This document shows, one piece after another, positions 36,692 through 49,793 of a stretch of DNA of 64,000 nt (position 1 is its first letter; the number at the start of each line of letters is the position of its first letter). Under the pieces are notes generated by a model. It had not been told where the DNA came from. It saw nothing but the letters and a program-made list of their open reading frames with translations, and did not search any database. The position numbers and the translations under genes were made by a program. The stretch comes from Glaucostegus cemiculus. Its lineage: Eukaryota. The DNA lies in the NCBI GenBank assembly GCA_976551045.1, contig CDPCPM010000056.1, positions 28,768,001 through 28,832,000 of the forward strand. Reading direction: 5' to 3'.

Positions 36692-37749
36692 CATCTTCTG
36701 TTTCTATTTCATGTTCAAAACTGTTAGAGAAAATATAAGTCAAAGGATTCCTTTGCAATAAGAATATTTTGTTAATTCAGTATTGGTTACTTAAATAACA
36801 GTAATACTGTGACTTCATTATTGCTGCTTAGTGCTTTAGGTGTCATATTATATTTCTATAACCAAGATCCATGAGTACTTGTAAGTAGTTAAGTCACTTC
36901 TCTGAGAGTAGCATAGCATGAGTCATTTCTGGGAGAAGAAACAAATGCAATAACACTCAAACAGTCCATTAGTTCCTCAGGTTGCTTTGCATATGCATTC
37001 AGGTGGGTCTTATCAATAATTTTCAAAAACAGACTCTCTAAATTAATCTCTGCCTCAGATTAAAATGTGTCACTGAGGCAACAGAATACTTCACATCTTT
37101 CTTGCCAAACCCAGCCCGCGATACAGTATAATGCAGATTTTGCCAACCATGCTTTGCACTCCACAGCTACTAATCTTGTAATTACAAAATATTTCAGGTG
37201 TTGGAAATATGAAATTTTGATGATAGAAATTCCCAGCAGTCAGGCAGCATTTGTGAAGAGAGAAACAGAGTTAATGATCCAGGCCAATGATCTTTCATCA
37301 CAACTTTTAACGTAATAGAGAGCAACCACTTCCACACTCTGCAATAGATTTCTGTATTATCTCAGACTTGCAAAAGATAATACCATCTTGAAAACAATTT
37401 TATATCCTTTTTAATACAGTGAACTTCCAGAAGAACATAACAAGGATTTTTTTAAAATATCAACATAATAAAATTTTGCAGTTATTTTTTGATTATTCAA
37501 CTTGTGTAGCTTGACTCATAGGAGAGATGAACAGGATGTGACATAGTTTCTATCACAAAACCAGAGGTTTGAATCCTTTTGAAATACAATTTTAGGCTAA
37601 AATGGTAAAAGGTAACTGTCTGGTCAGATAGCCAGAGAGGTGCTGAATGAAAATGTTCAGACAAAATTCAACAGATTTGCTGCAGTTTTTTCACTTAAAG
37701 CTTTATTTCAGGGTTTCCCAACAGCAATTTACAAATTAACAGCTGGTCA

Positions 37750-37930
37750 TACAGGCTGGTTTTAAATTGCAGTTTATACTGAAGTAGCTGATCTTAGCTT
37801 GGATGGTGGTAGGATAATATAATTGTATTTGGTGACTGTGTGCTGGGGACTAAAGTTTTGTCTTGAATTATTGCTGACCTATGATCCCTGTTGAAAATAT
37901 TGGCTAATGGATGAAAGGTGAGAATAGGGT
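37750..37930 (+). mobile_element. Second, more degraded AmnSINE2-like copy
   Basis: TACTGAAGTAGCTGATCTTAGC...ATAATTG...GCTGGGG...TGATCCCTG aligns by eye to 18955-19230. Confidence 0.45.
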
Positions 37931-40044
37931 GATAGAGATTAACTACAATAACATCACACCACTCCCAATCTTCTCCCCCTCCCAGCCCTTCCTATCATGG
38001 CAGAATTTCCTATCTGTCAAAGCAGGCAAGTAATGACCAAACATGAATGATATCACTCAAAAAGCTGGGGGCCAATTGTCAGGTTATCAGCAATGAGTCA
38101 AGGTGAAAGTGAAGAGAAAATTATCAGAAAAGTTTTATGTCCACATATTAGTCATTATTTTTGCACAATATCTATACTAATAATCAAATTGGACTCTAGT
38201 GTCAGGCAAATTGCTTTGGATTGAGGCTTCAACAACATTTTAGGGTTAGTGATTGATTTTTGTATTTTATTACCGTGTATTCCAGTTTCAATAACCTTTC
38301 TAACCTGGGATTTTGCCTCTGTAATTTTTTAAGTACTTCAAAGGTACAAAGGAGAGTGTTTTATATTTACTAGATTGAATGTTTTATTTGACTGATTAGT
38401 CTTTGGTGTGTAATTATACTCTTCTCCAGTTTGAAATCCTGCAGATTTCACACATTTCAGATATAATGTGGAGACTCATATGCTATTAGGCTAATAATGC
38501 ACAGCAGCTCTGTCTAGCATGTGTTGTCCCAATTCAGGTTTTCAATTACTTCACCCTGTTATTAACTACAAAATAAAAGAACTTGTACTTGAATGGTTCC
38601 TATAGGTCCTTAAATATGCCGAATTTCAAGAGGTTGTATCATTGGTGGAGCAAACTAAATTCGAATTGTGCAGCCTGGGTTCTCTCACATTATACTCTTT
38701 AAATGTTCTTAGACAAAAGAAAGCTTAAGCCTTCTCATCAAGTACCATACAATGCACCTTGCCAATCATTGCGGGATAAGCAGATCTTTAGAGTTTCATT
38801 TTATTCAAAGTTCAAACATAGTCTTGTGGAAGAACAACATTTCACTGCCATTACTTGCACGTGGAATATGATCAAGATAAAAAGAAAGGGATTTTCAACT
38901 TTAATTCCTGGGCTTCTATTGATTTGTTTAGGACACTGTTTAAAATTAAACAGAGCATAAGGCAGGATGCGTTGTCCCATGTTTTTATTCTTGGATAAAG
39001 TCTATACCCAAGAGAAGTTTAGGTCACCTCAGCTATAATCAACAACACTTGCTAAAAATATTCATAAGTATCAAATCAGGACAAATATTTCTTCAGAATC
39101 CTGAAGTTATGACTTAATTGCTGTATTCAATGGCTGCAGGTGATATCTACCGTTCTTTTTCTTTAATCAGGGTTAAGGCAATATCCAAATATGAACATTT
39201 TATTTCTATGTTTCACTTTATTTTGAGGAGAATGCACATATTATGTGTATATGGAAATGTGGGAAGTTAACTATTTAATAATGTTACATGCTGACTCTTC
39301 TTGTGCACAAGTGGGAGAGAGTTTCATTTGACAAGAACATCAGCTAAGTCATTTGCACACTTGGACTCTTTGCGATAGACAGGACAGCGTGGGCTGATTC
39401 CTGGTTAATATTCCCAGTACCACTCTTCTGGAGAGCTGATAAATTCATAAGTTACCAATAAAAGACTAAACTAGATACTAAGTGAAATTGTATTTGTAAA
39501 TATGCATTTAGCAGGCAGATGTCTGTGCAAATAATTAGGTTGTATAAACTGCAATATAAGATAAATGTAACTAATACATATTTTACTTACAGTGAAAATC
39601 TGTTTTTGTTAATCTGGTTATGAATTATTGGTGGAAATTTCAACCTTGTTGCATGATAAATGATTATATGAACTCGCTGTCCATTTTGCTTCTCACCCAA
39701 CTTTCCCATTCATTTAATGGAGAGAGAAAATTGGACAAGGTATTTAATGAGCAGTTTTTCAAATGTCACCAATTTTGTACCCCAGCAAAGTCAACACTAC
39801 TGCAGTGTGGAGTCGCTTTTAAATTTTGGTAGACCATCCTACTGAGCATTCCAATAGATCAACCATCCTGGAAGCAAAAAGCTAAGGGTAGCAAATTAAC
39901 ATCCTGATGAAGTTCATTGCCACCTAATACTAAATGGCCTCGAGGAGAGCCTGAGTGTATTTGCACAAAAGTCAAAGGGGACTTACCTGTCCTGAACCTC
40001 TTCAACTCTCCTGACCAGTTTTTGCCTCCTTCTTCTTCTTTTTA

Positions 40045-41430
40045 AAGAAGGGGTTTTTTTCTGCTCAGGGCCGAGGATAACTTATTTCCGCTCCAGTACA
40101 GGGGATTCTGTGAAATCTGATGAGGTACCCACAGATTCTACCACAAGTGGGGCAGAAAGAGCCTGCTGGGGTGGAGGGGTGGGTAGCTTGGTAGGGATGG
40201 CCTCCTTCTATCATACGTGCTGGGCTTCTGTATGCTCCCGAAAATGAGACTGGAGGTCTCACTGCCATCCTGAATGCTCATTCATCATTTCAGTCATGGG
40301 CCAGGGATCCCCATGAATTGGCTGCAATGTTACACTTTTGAAAGAAAGGTTTGAGAAGATCCTTGAAACACTTCCTCTGTTCTCCTTTGACAGGGCTCGG
40401 AGGGCTAGCTGAGTGTAAAGAGTCTCCGTGTTGGGAATGTTGGCCTGGGAGAAGATGTTGATATTTGTTTGCTAATCCTGCCGATGGACTTGGAAGACTA
40501 GGTGTCATCTTTCTGGTATTTCTATGTAGTCCTTCCTCAGAAGCTTATGAAGAGGGTGGTCATCAATGCCATCAGGTAGATTACGAGCTTTGTACCAAGT
40601 TTGAGGTCTTGTTCTCAGATACTCTTTTTGCCAGACAGCCAAAGGCTGTGCTGTTGAACTGAAGGTATGGTCATTTTTGTCACTGATGTCTGCCTTCACT
40701 GAGATGTGGCTCCCAAGGTGTGAGAAAGGGTCCACATTGTCCAGGAAATCATCATGGACCTTTATTCTCAGGGTCAATATGTTACATAGTGGGGAGAGAT
40801 TGAGAGATAAGATAAGATAAGATCTTTATTTGTCACATGTACATCAAAACACACAGTGAAATACATCTTTTGCATTGTGATTTTAGGGGGCAGCCTGCAA
40901 GTGTTGCCACGCTTCCAGTGCCAACATAGCATGCCCATAACTTCCTAACCTGTACATCTTTGGAATGTGGGAGGAAACCGGAGCACCTGGAGGAAACCCA
41001 CACAGACACAAGAAGAATGTACAAATTCCTTACAGACAGTGGCCGGATTTGAACCCAGGTCACTGGCGCTGTAAAGCATTGTGCTAACCACTAAGCTACC
41101 ATGCCATCCATGGATCTCTGCTTTGCAAGTTTGGTATTCCCATAAGTGTTAGTGACTAGGTTAATAATGATTGAAGTTCCACTTCTGAACACGTGCTTAA
41201 TGAAGCTTCATTAGTATACAACAATTCATTTCCTCAGGTTGGAGTCACCTTGATTCTGAGTGGAGCGACATAAATTGAGCAGTTTCTCATTTGTCCCACT
41301 CCATCAGGAACCTCATTGGAGATAAGCTGAAATATTATAATGTAAATGATTAAGTCCTGGGACAATAACACAGCCTTGCTTCTCCACATTGTGATTGGGT
41401 TGGTGCAGGACTTGCTGGTTAACATTATGG
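40045..41430 (-). mobile_element. Degenerate RTE-clade LINE 3' half, interrupted by a V-SINE
   Basis: Minus frames: KQGCVI, LDNVDPFSHLGSHISVKADI, GEQRKCFKDLLK..KCNI...WGSLAHD, CPTCGRICG. Confidence 0.85.
40805..41105 (-). mobile_element. Full-length V-SINE with (TCTTA)n tail, nested in an RTE LINE
   Basis: Minus-strand A-box TAGCTTAGTGG, B-box GGTTCAAATCC, V-domain and the same tail as 7126-7365. Confidence 0.92.
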
Positions 41431-44400
41431 TTTGCAGGCCACCGTTGCAATTTCAGAGGACCTGGTGAATTTAACTAGTTGAAGAGAACACTCCACCATT
41501 ACCATCCTAAACTAAGACTCAACCTCCATTGATCTTTATTTACATATTTAAAGGTTCTTTAGCCTGAAATGCCTTGGTGTTTGGATTACCCAGCAGTTGG
41601 TTCCTCTTAAAGTGGCACCAGGAAGTGTTGCTTTCTTCTGGAGCTTTAACTCCACACCCGATTTTCGGACCGCTACCAGCTCTGTAAATTTTGTTTTCCA
41701 GAGGTTAAGATCGGCTCCCTGACTAGTTACATTTTTATTTAAAATTTCACCTCGGGATTTTTTTGAATAAATTAAAGCTAACGCGTTTAAAGCATTGTGA
41801 AACAGCCCTGTATGCGTTGTGAATGTGATTTTGTCAAAAAGACTGTTTCATGAACGTTTTGACCTTATTTATTTAGGAGAATGTTGCAATGTTATTTCCC
41901 GTGAAAGGAAAACAACCCAAAGCCATCAGACTCATGATGTAATATTTTTGTTAGGAAGAACTACCTCCAGCAAACGTTTAATTAAATGAAAAGCATTTGA
42001 CCCGCAGCAACGCGCTTATTTTTTTCCAGTCTAGTACCGAATGGGGATTTTTATGGTAACATTTAAACTGTGACACAGGCCGGGCATTCGCCAGTGAAGG
42101 AGGGAGGTCGCCAGCAGAGCGTGGACCCGAAAGATTGCAGTCTACCCTCTGGGAGACCCCACAAACATCGGCCTAACATTTATACTTGCAGCGAGTCCTC
42201 ATTCTCGGACCACAAAAGAAAAGAACGAAACCGCAGAAAGGTAATGAGCGGTTTGTTTTGTTTTTGAAAAAAAAGATTGTAAATCGTAGCTGAGTTAAAG
42301 AGAACTGGACACCCCCGACCCTGTGGCCATTTTTTTTAAGAAAAGAAAGATTCCGATGGTTTTTCCAGTTGTACAAACAAAAATAAATGTCTCCACCAGG
42401 AATTATGTAGAAACAAAACATGGAACGAAAATGTACTTGGGCCACTGACGCAGAATGACAGAGGAGAAATGAATCATTGAATCTCCCCAAGCCGGGCAGC
42501 CGTGGTGGGTTGGAAGCACAATTAATGGGGAGAGGGAAGACTACAAACCTCAGGATGGGCATGGAAAAGGCACAGCCGGTTGTCATCTGGGAGAAAAAGC
42601 AAAAGCATTCAGCAACATAGCACCATGATATGGAAAGAATCGCAGAGTATATATGCTTAGTAAGTCGGTGATGCTCCACACAGTATTTGTACGACATGAC
42701 TTATTGGTTTACATTGAACTTTTCGCCTGCCGAAGCACCGGGAGTCCCGTTCACTTAATAAGAAGCGACGTTTTTTTACAGGCGGTAATGGCGATTTATG
42801 TTCTTCTGGTCTTATATTCAATAACATTCGAAGGTTTTGGTTAGAAATAGTTATATTTGTTTTATCTGGCCAGAAAGAATGGATCGGGCCTCTGTACTGC
42901 CCGGCGACACACTGCATGCCTTTTTGTATTCTTGCAAAAGCGTTGATTAATACCTTATAATTTTCAGACAATAATAAATCTCGGCAAAACAAAATCAAAC
43001 AGTAAATGACAGGCATCGGATGTTTTCTTTTTTGAGAAATCACTCAGTTGTTTTCTCCACAAGGAACTTAATCCCAACCGCTGTTTCTCAGGGAGAGGAG
43101 TTATGTGCAGAATGATACATGCGTTTTTGAGTGCTACAACTGGTCAGTGATAGATGTTGATAGGAGTTTACTCTAGCCTTGGCAGGCCAAGCTATTGCAT
43201 TGGCTGTTGTGTGCGCATCTGGAAAAGTTATTAGGATCCAGGCACAGGGGCACAAGTAAAGCGAGGCAGACACCAATCACTCTTCTAAATAAACATTAGT
43301 CTTAAAAAGTTTGCACTTTTGACCTCAACCATTGGATTGCGTTTATTTCTGTAAAACCACGTCGTTTTTTTCCCCCCTGCGCAGCCTAAATATTTTTCCT
43401 TGGCAGTGCATTTCATTTTTCTGAATATTTATTTAACTCTTCTGGTTCTGCTCCCCACCTCACCCCTCACTGCCCCGCTTCGGGGTCTTTGCAACAGAAA
43501 AATGTTAATTTTATACATGCAATAACCGCAGTCCCTCCACCCTTCCCAGCTACCCATTCACTACATTTTATATTTTAAATACGGCGGAAGTGTGTATATG
43601 TGCTAGTCCATTTAGAAGTGAAGGGGAATAGCAATAAATCAAAATACAGGGGTCGGGTCTGCAGTAGGTTCGAGCGGTGTTCAGTTGCCTGAAACGTGTT
43701 GTGAATTACAACCCGGGCCGGTTGGAAAAAAAAGCCTCATTAAGGGTTTTAGGTTCACGGAGCGGGATGGCAACTACACTCCTCAACGAAAAACACGAGG
43801 TGACATTTGGCGTTTGTCAGATGTTGAACCTCGCCCTAATGAGAACACATGAAGGTGGCTGTTCAGGGATTTGAGTTGTTAGGTACTATTAGCTTTTGTA
43901 ACCTGGGTAAGCATTTCATTTAAGTGATATTGACGCCATTAAAAGTAACCGCACCGGTATATTCCCCGACAGAACGATTAATATTGGTGAAGAAGTAAAC
44001 ATGGGTCGTTTTGAAGTGATGATATAATTTCGTAATGTAAGTAGTTATAAAATTACAGGCCAGGAGTGACGGTTAAAACAATAAGATTCGCTGGTTAAGT
44101 AAAGGCAAGGTTTGTTTCACTGTATCGTGCTTATAAAAATTAATCTGCTGAACTGTGGACTGGGATCCGAAGATTATTAATTTGGGAAGGGAAGATGCGC
44201 CGTGTGCCGATAATTAACAAATAAAAATATGGTATAATCTCCGTTGCTGTGTACTATGTTTATAGCAACGTAAAACTGATCTCACTATCTCTGGCAAAGC
44301 AACACTCGATCGCCAGAGTTTTGAATGTGGCATCAGTTCCGCAAAAAAAATCACAACTAGGCCACGTGTTATTTCTTGCAGTCTGGAATGTGTTCGGCGA

Positions 44401-46214
44401 TATTTGATTTGCTGGTACTGTAGTAACTTGCTGTTAACGCTGTACTAGTACTTCAGGCGAGAAAGCCAAATACCACATATGTAGCAGTTTCCGTACTGTT
44501 TAAAGAGTATGTTGCGCTTATCTTATTATCAGTCTTACTTATAAATAGATAATATCTGGACATTGTCCAAATGGTCTTCTCGAGTGCTCTTGTGAATTTC
44601 TGATCAGTGTCTTCTGAATTCCAAAAACGATCATTTTGTTCGAACGAATGATATTTTAGAAACCTGACAGCTGACAACTAAAAAAATCCAGATTAAATAA
44701 TTTGCAGAGGGGCTTCAGGAAATATTCGGATTTAAATCGTTTCTCCTTTTACAGAAGCTTAAATAATGCAGCGTGATTGCTAAAAAGCGAGATCCGTTCT
44801 GCACCGCAACAGATCTGCTTGACCGGTGGGAGCCTTGAAAACTAACAGCCACAACACTAGTTTTGTGAAGGAAAGTGCTGAACTACAGATTGTCATTTAA
44901 GAACATACCTCTTCATACTTTGATCGCTAAATATTATTTCCCCCAAGCATCGGTGAATCAGACAAGAGACAAAATGCAAAATATGAAGGTTAATAAAATC
45001 GAAATTTTCTCACTGAAAGTAAAATCGGAGCACTGTGTATCCGAAGTTTATTGCAACGCTCAGTGGTTGGTCGGTTCGTTTCAGTTAATGGCCTGGCTGA
45101 CTTAAAACTGTCGAGCAGATTGTTAAAGCGCGATAGTGCCGCTTTAATACGTGAAACGTATCTAATTTATTTGAGAAAGATTTTGTCTTAAGATCACTAC
45201 AGTTACTCAAAGAGACGGCCGCAGCTGCGATCAGGTTGAATTACCGTTAATTGCGAAGGTCACATGTTAAACCCTTTCAGTCATTAGTTAATATCTCTGC
45301 CCTTACACTGCACATTTGGTGACTTTTTTTTTCAAGCACGAACCACACACAGTCAACCGCTTCCAAGAATGGATTAGACCAAGTATTGTCTAATCCATTC
45401 CTTCGGTTGCTGGCACTGATGCTGAAATACAACTGTCTAACCTCCCGACGCGGGTCCAGATCGGGATCAATTTGTTCTTTCGCATCGGTGGGAAACCGAT
45501 TGCTGGAACTGTGGAAGTGTAAGAGTTACCGTCTGATTCACAGAAGACAGCTCTTTTAAATAATCGTTCACGAAAAAGCTTCAAAATGGTATAAACAAAG
45601 AGGATAGAAAAGCAGTAGAGCCACTCCAGAGACACTCTGGTGCAGACATTTACACACACTGATAGGCACGCTCTACACTCAATTACACATACGGATACGC
45701 GCCAATACGCAACTTTATAAACGGCGAGCAGGTACAGATATTTCACATATTTGGTCCACTTTTACGGGGGGGAGGGGGGGAGGTGAGTGCTGGAAACATT
45801 CAGCCGCCCGACAGCCACTGCGAAGGCATCAAGTCGATGATATTCCGGTTCTAACACAATGCCATGGGTCTTAAACATCTTTCCTCTCTCCGCAGATGCT
45901 GCCTGACCAGTTGTGGTTACTCCCTGGTTGTATTTCAGATCTCCAGCACCTTTGTCCACAACTTTTTCGGCACAGAAATTGATATTGACATTTGGCACAT
46001 AGATGCAAAAAATTAACACACGTACGGATAAGAATAGAAATACATTTTTACGCTGGTATACACACTGGTACGGACACTTAAAGACTTCCATGGATACCTG
46101 GTCGTTATTAGCGTTCACAATGCACGTCGCATACTACCATTTTAACTCACCACCATTACAGAAGGTTGCGTGGCCTGGTCAGGGGTTTATTTTAAATGGA
46201 TTCAGAAACTAAAA

Positions 46215-46400
46215 AGGGAAATGCTGGAAATCTGGGATAACACAAAAGGGAAAATACCGGAAATGTCCAGCAAATCAGGCAGTATTTGCGGAGAAAGAAA
46301 GTGGATTATCATTTCAATTCTGACCCGAAATCTCTCTCTTCTCCAGAGGCACTGGGTGACTTGCTGAGCACTTCCAGTATTTTCTCATTTTATGTTAAAT
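46215..46400. mobile_element. Short palindromic Penelope-derived element
   Basis: ATGCTGGAAATCTG...CAGGCAGTATTTGCGGAGAAAGAAA and ACCCGAAA...GACTTGCTGAGCACTTCCAGTATTT. Further single arms at about 37190, 45880, 46410, 47390, 48000 and 53225. Confidence 0.7.
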
Positions 46401-46859
46401 AAAAACAAGACTCACTGGAATCTTTCAGCAGATTAGGCGACCTTTGGGGACACGGAGTATTTAAGGTTTCAAGGTGATGATAGTTTATCTGTCGTTTCAA
46501 TGTTGCTGGAGGGCTTAATATTAGTTAAAATATTTATTGAAGCCGTAGAAACTGGCGTATACGTTTATCAACTGATCCCTGATGTCTAATTGTTGTAAAT
46601 TTTAAAAAAGTACTATATCCGTCTTGTGAATGCCAACAATTGATTTAGTCCTTTGGTTGGATAGGGTAGATTTTCAGTTATACATCATGAGGTATAATGT
46701 GTAGATTATTATGTAGTTTCATCATTTTCCGTGGTACTTTGTTGACCAAGATACTGGTGTGAGAAAACTTGCATTCTGACTTGATGTTATATATGTGTAT
46801 TTTTGAAGTCTTTTCGTTCTATTATCCTGTAAGCAAAAGAGTGTATTAGAAGCCCATCA

Positions 46860-47170
46860 TCTGGTGACTTTGGGACATTCTGGACCATACAGCCAACAAA
46901 ATACCCTTGACGTGAAATCGAAGTGAACCATTTGATTTGCGACAACCAGTTTGCACGCAGCAAGCTTCGACAAACAGTTTTGTCATAATAACCAGATAAT
47001 CCTTTTTAGCGACGTTGATTGAATGATATGTATAATTCCCTTGCCCATCTTCCAAATAGTGCTTTTCTTACTTCCACGTGGGAAGCTAGATCGACCTTGG
47101 TTTGTCATCACATCCGAAAGTTGACACTTTTGTCAGTGCAGCACTCGCGGAATACTGCACTGGAGCGACC
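46860..47170 (-). mobile_element. Deu-domain SINE (SacSINE1/AmnSINE1-like), CpG-retaining copy
   Basis: Reverse-complement landmarks CATCCGAAAG, CAGTGCAGCACTC...TACTGCACTGGAG, ACCAGATAATC and TTGCACGCAGCAAGCT. Confidence 0.75.
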
Positions 47171-47526
47171 ATTTCGATTTTAAGCGATTTAAGACCATAA
47201 CTAGATGGATATTTATATAATAAAATAATTATGTCCATAAAGCCCACAGAATCGATGAATATATTTAACTGCTTCAGAATCCCCTGGTGTTTTTGTATTT
47301 ATATACAGCCTGATATCTTTGTAATTATATTCAATTAAAACGCATGGAAGTGTGAAATAAGAAATGAGAGTCGAATTACAGGAACTGTATAGCAGGTAAC
47401 TCAACATCTGTCAGGGGAGAAAGGCAGCGATGGAAAAGCTAACATTCCACGCGAGACCCTTCATCAGAAGCGATAAGCATGTGTATATTTCCATTGGTCA
47501 GATATATTAACGATTAATGCTATGTC

Positions 47527-47923
47527 ATCAAAGACCCCACCCAGTCGGGACATTCTCTCTTCTCTCCTCTTCCATCGGGTAGAAGATACAGGAGCCTGAG
47601 GGCACGTACCACCAGACTTAAAGACAGTTTCTACCCTACTGTGATAAGACTACTGAACGGTTCCTTTATACAATGAGATGGACTATGACCTCACGACCTG
47701 CCTTGTTGTGACCTTGCACCTTATTGCATTGCACTTTCTCTGTAGCTGTGACACTTTACTCTGTACTGTTACTTTTTTTTTACCTGCACTATATTAATGC
47801 ACTTTGTACTAACACAATTTAACTGCACTGTGTAATGAATTGACCTGTACGACCGGTTTGTAAGACAAGCTTTTCGCTGTACCTCGGTACAAGTGACAAT
47901 AATAAATCAATACCAATACCAAT
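47527..47923 (+). mobile_element. Rex1/Babar-type LINE 3' end (CpG-intact copy)
   Basis: Translates IKDPTQSGHSLFSPLPSGRRYRSLRARTTRLKDSFYPTVIRLLNGSL, typical of the Rex1 ORF C-terminus. 3'UTR stem-loop, AATAAA and (CCAATA)n tail. Confidence 0.85.
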
Positions 47924-49498
47924 ATGTGCTTGTGGGGGAAAAAACTCAGAAAATTCCGGGGTAGGGGTGGACTGGGCGTGGAGGAGAACACTATGGATCA
48001 GTAAACTCTCTGGAGAGAAAGAGAAACAGAGTTAACCTGTCTTCAGAAGCTGTTATTTTTCTGTGACCGTGTCTATACTTTGTATCCACATCACTAAGAG
48101 AGAGACGGAAAAAGTACAAGATAAAGGTAAAGCTCGCTCACTTCCCGATTCCCTGAACACCTTTCAGAAAAGAATACCATACGCGGATGCAAAAATAGTA
48201 CATCTCCGTGCAATTCATATTAAAGACTCTACAATCTGAACATAGAGACCTGTTTGAAACGAGGCCGTTAAATCCCTTTTCTACAAACGCTGAAAACTTT
48301 CTGAAGGAAACATAAATTCTCAGTTTATGATCCTCGTTGGCAAGATAGAAGGTTTTAATCGTGTCTTTTGGTGGTTACTGGGGGACGGTCGGATATGAAA
48401 AAGGTTAGAAAGTAAACATTTCTTCCAAACACTGTAAATGTAGCGAAGCTCTTCGAATTGTATGGCATCTAATGTTTATTAAAGTATATATAACACGTTA
48501 AATTGGCGATGGAATAGAAGTACACTGTTGAGAAAATATTTCGCATATTCCATATGCGAAATAAAGTGTCCTAAAAAGGAGACGCATAAGGGCTGGTGAT
48601 TTGTCAATGTGAATCTATGTAAGTATATATGTAAGAATGAGTACTTGAGTTTAAACATATGATTGTGTGCTTGCGTGATCATATTATTGGTTATGAGATT
48701 TGTATAAAATCCCAATCTCCGTTATACTGAGTATTTTCTGTGAAAACATTAATAGCTGCTTGAACTTATTCCAGAATTAGATCCAGAAGATGAGAAATCC
48801 AAGCGTTCGATGACGTGATGCAGGCGGGTGCACTTCATTTGCGCGAAGAATTAAGATGAAACCTGCAATAGTTTCGGAATCGTCTTTCTTTTGGAAGTAA
48901 TTTTCTTAATAAAGCCAGCAAATATCACTTGTATGTGTAGTAGCTGCACTTTCGAAGTCCTAGGATTTTGGCGGTAGGATCCTTTTTTTTCCCTCTCTTA
49001 ACTGCAAAAGATTTTTTTTTACTTAAACTATATATTTAAGTGATGCTGCTGTATAGACAGCATCTTCACATTTAAAAGGTTCTGCAAAAATTATTTGGCC
49101 CATTTGGCGGAAAATGTAACAACGTTGCTTTTATTCTTACCAGGTTTGAAGAACTCCAACACATATGATGGCATTTGATTTTTATTTTAAAGTACACTTG
49201 CTCTAAAATACGATGCGTTGTTGTGTCCTCGTTTTGCACATGGGGGAAACTCTTGGAAAGATCATTGCCCTTTGGAAGAAGGGGGTAGGAACGTGGATCC
49301 ATACAATTCTGCGAGTAATGCGCTTGTACTTATTTTGCAGGTGAAGTCATTTTATCGGACCAGACAATACCAGAGTGAAGTATTACTTTCCAAAGGACTG
49401 GAAAGAACTACAGTTAGAAGAATCTCTTTGGGGGTCGTAAGGTTAAGCCAATCTCAGACAAATGAACGATCAGGGGGGTTCTAAATGTGCCAAAACAA

Positions 49499-49793
49499 GG
49501 CAGCGCAAGTGGCGTATCTAGTAGAACTGCAGCCTTACAGTTCCGGCGACCCGCGTTCAATCCTGACCTCCCGCGCTGCCTGTGACTGCATTGGTTTCCC
49601 CTGGGTGCTCTGGTAAAAGACCTGTGGGTTGGTCATTGCAAGTTGCCCTTAGTGTGGGTAGGTGGGTGGTAGAATCTGGAGGAAGTTGACTGGAATGTAG
49701 GGAAAGTAAAAGAGGATTAATGTAAATGGATGCTTGATAATCAGCGCAGACTCGATGGGCCGCATGGCCTGTTCCCGTGCTGTGTGGTTCTAT
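49499..49793 (+). mobile_element. HE1-type V-SINE with CR1/HER1 tail
   Basis: tRNA-like head (GTGGCGTATCTAGTAG..., GTTCAATCC), partial V-domain, tail GACTCGATGGGCCGCATGGCCTGTTCCCGTGCTGT shared with CR1. Confidence 0.8.

Noticed and set aside
42173-43043. 174-aa and 128-aa minus-strand ORFs in the CpG domain
   Set aside because: Composition looks random, with no domain or splice support.
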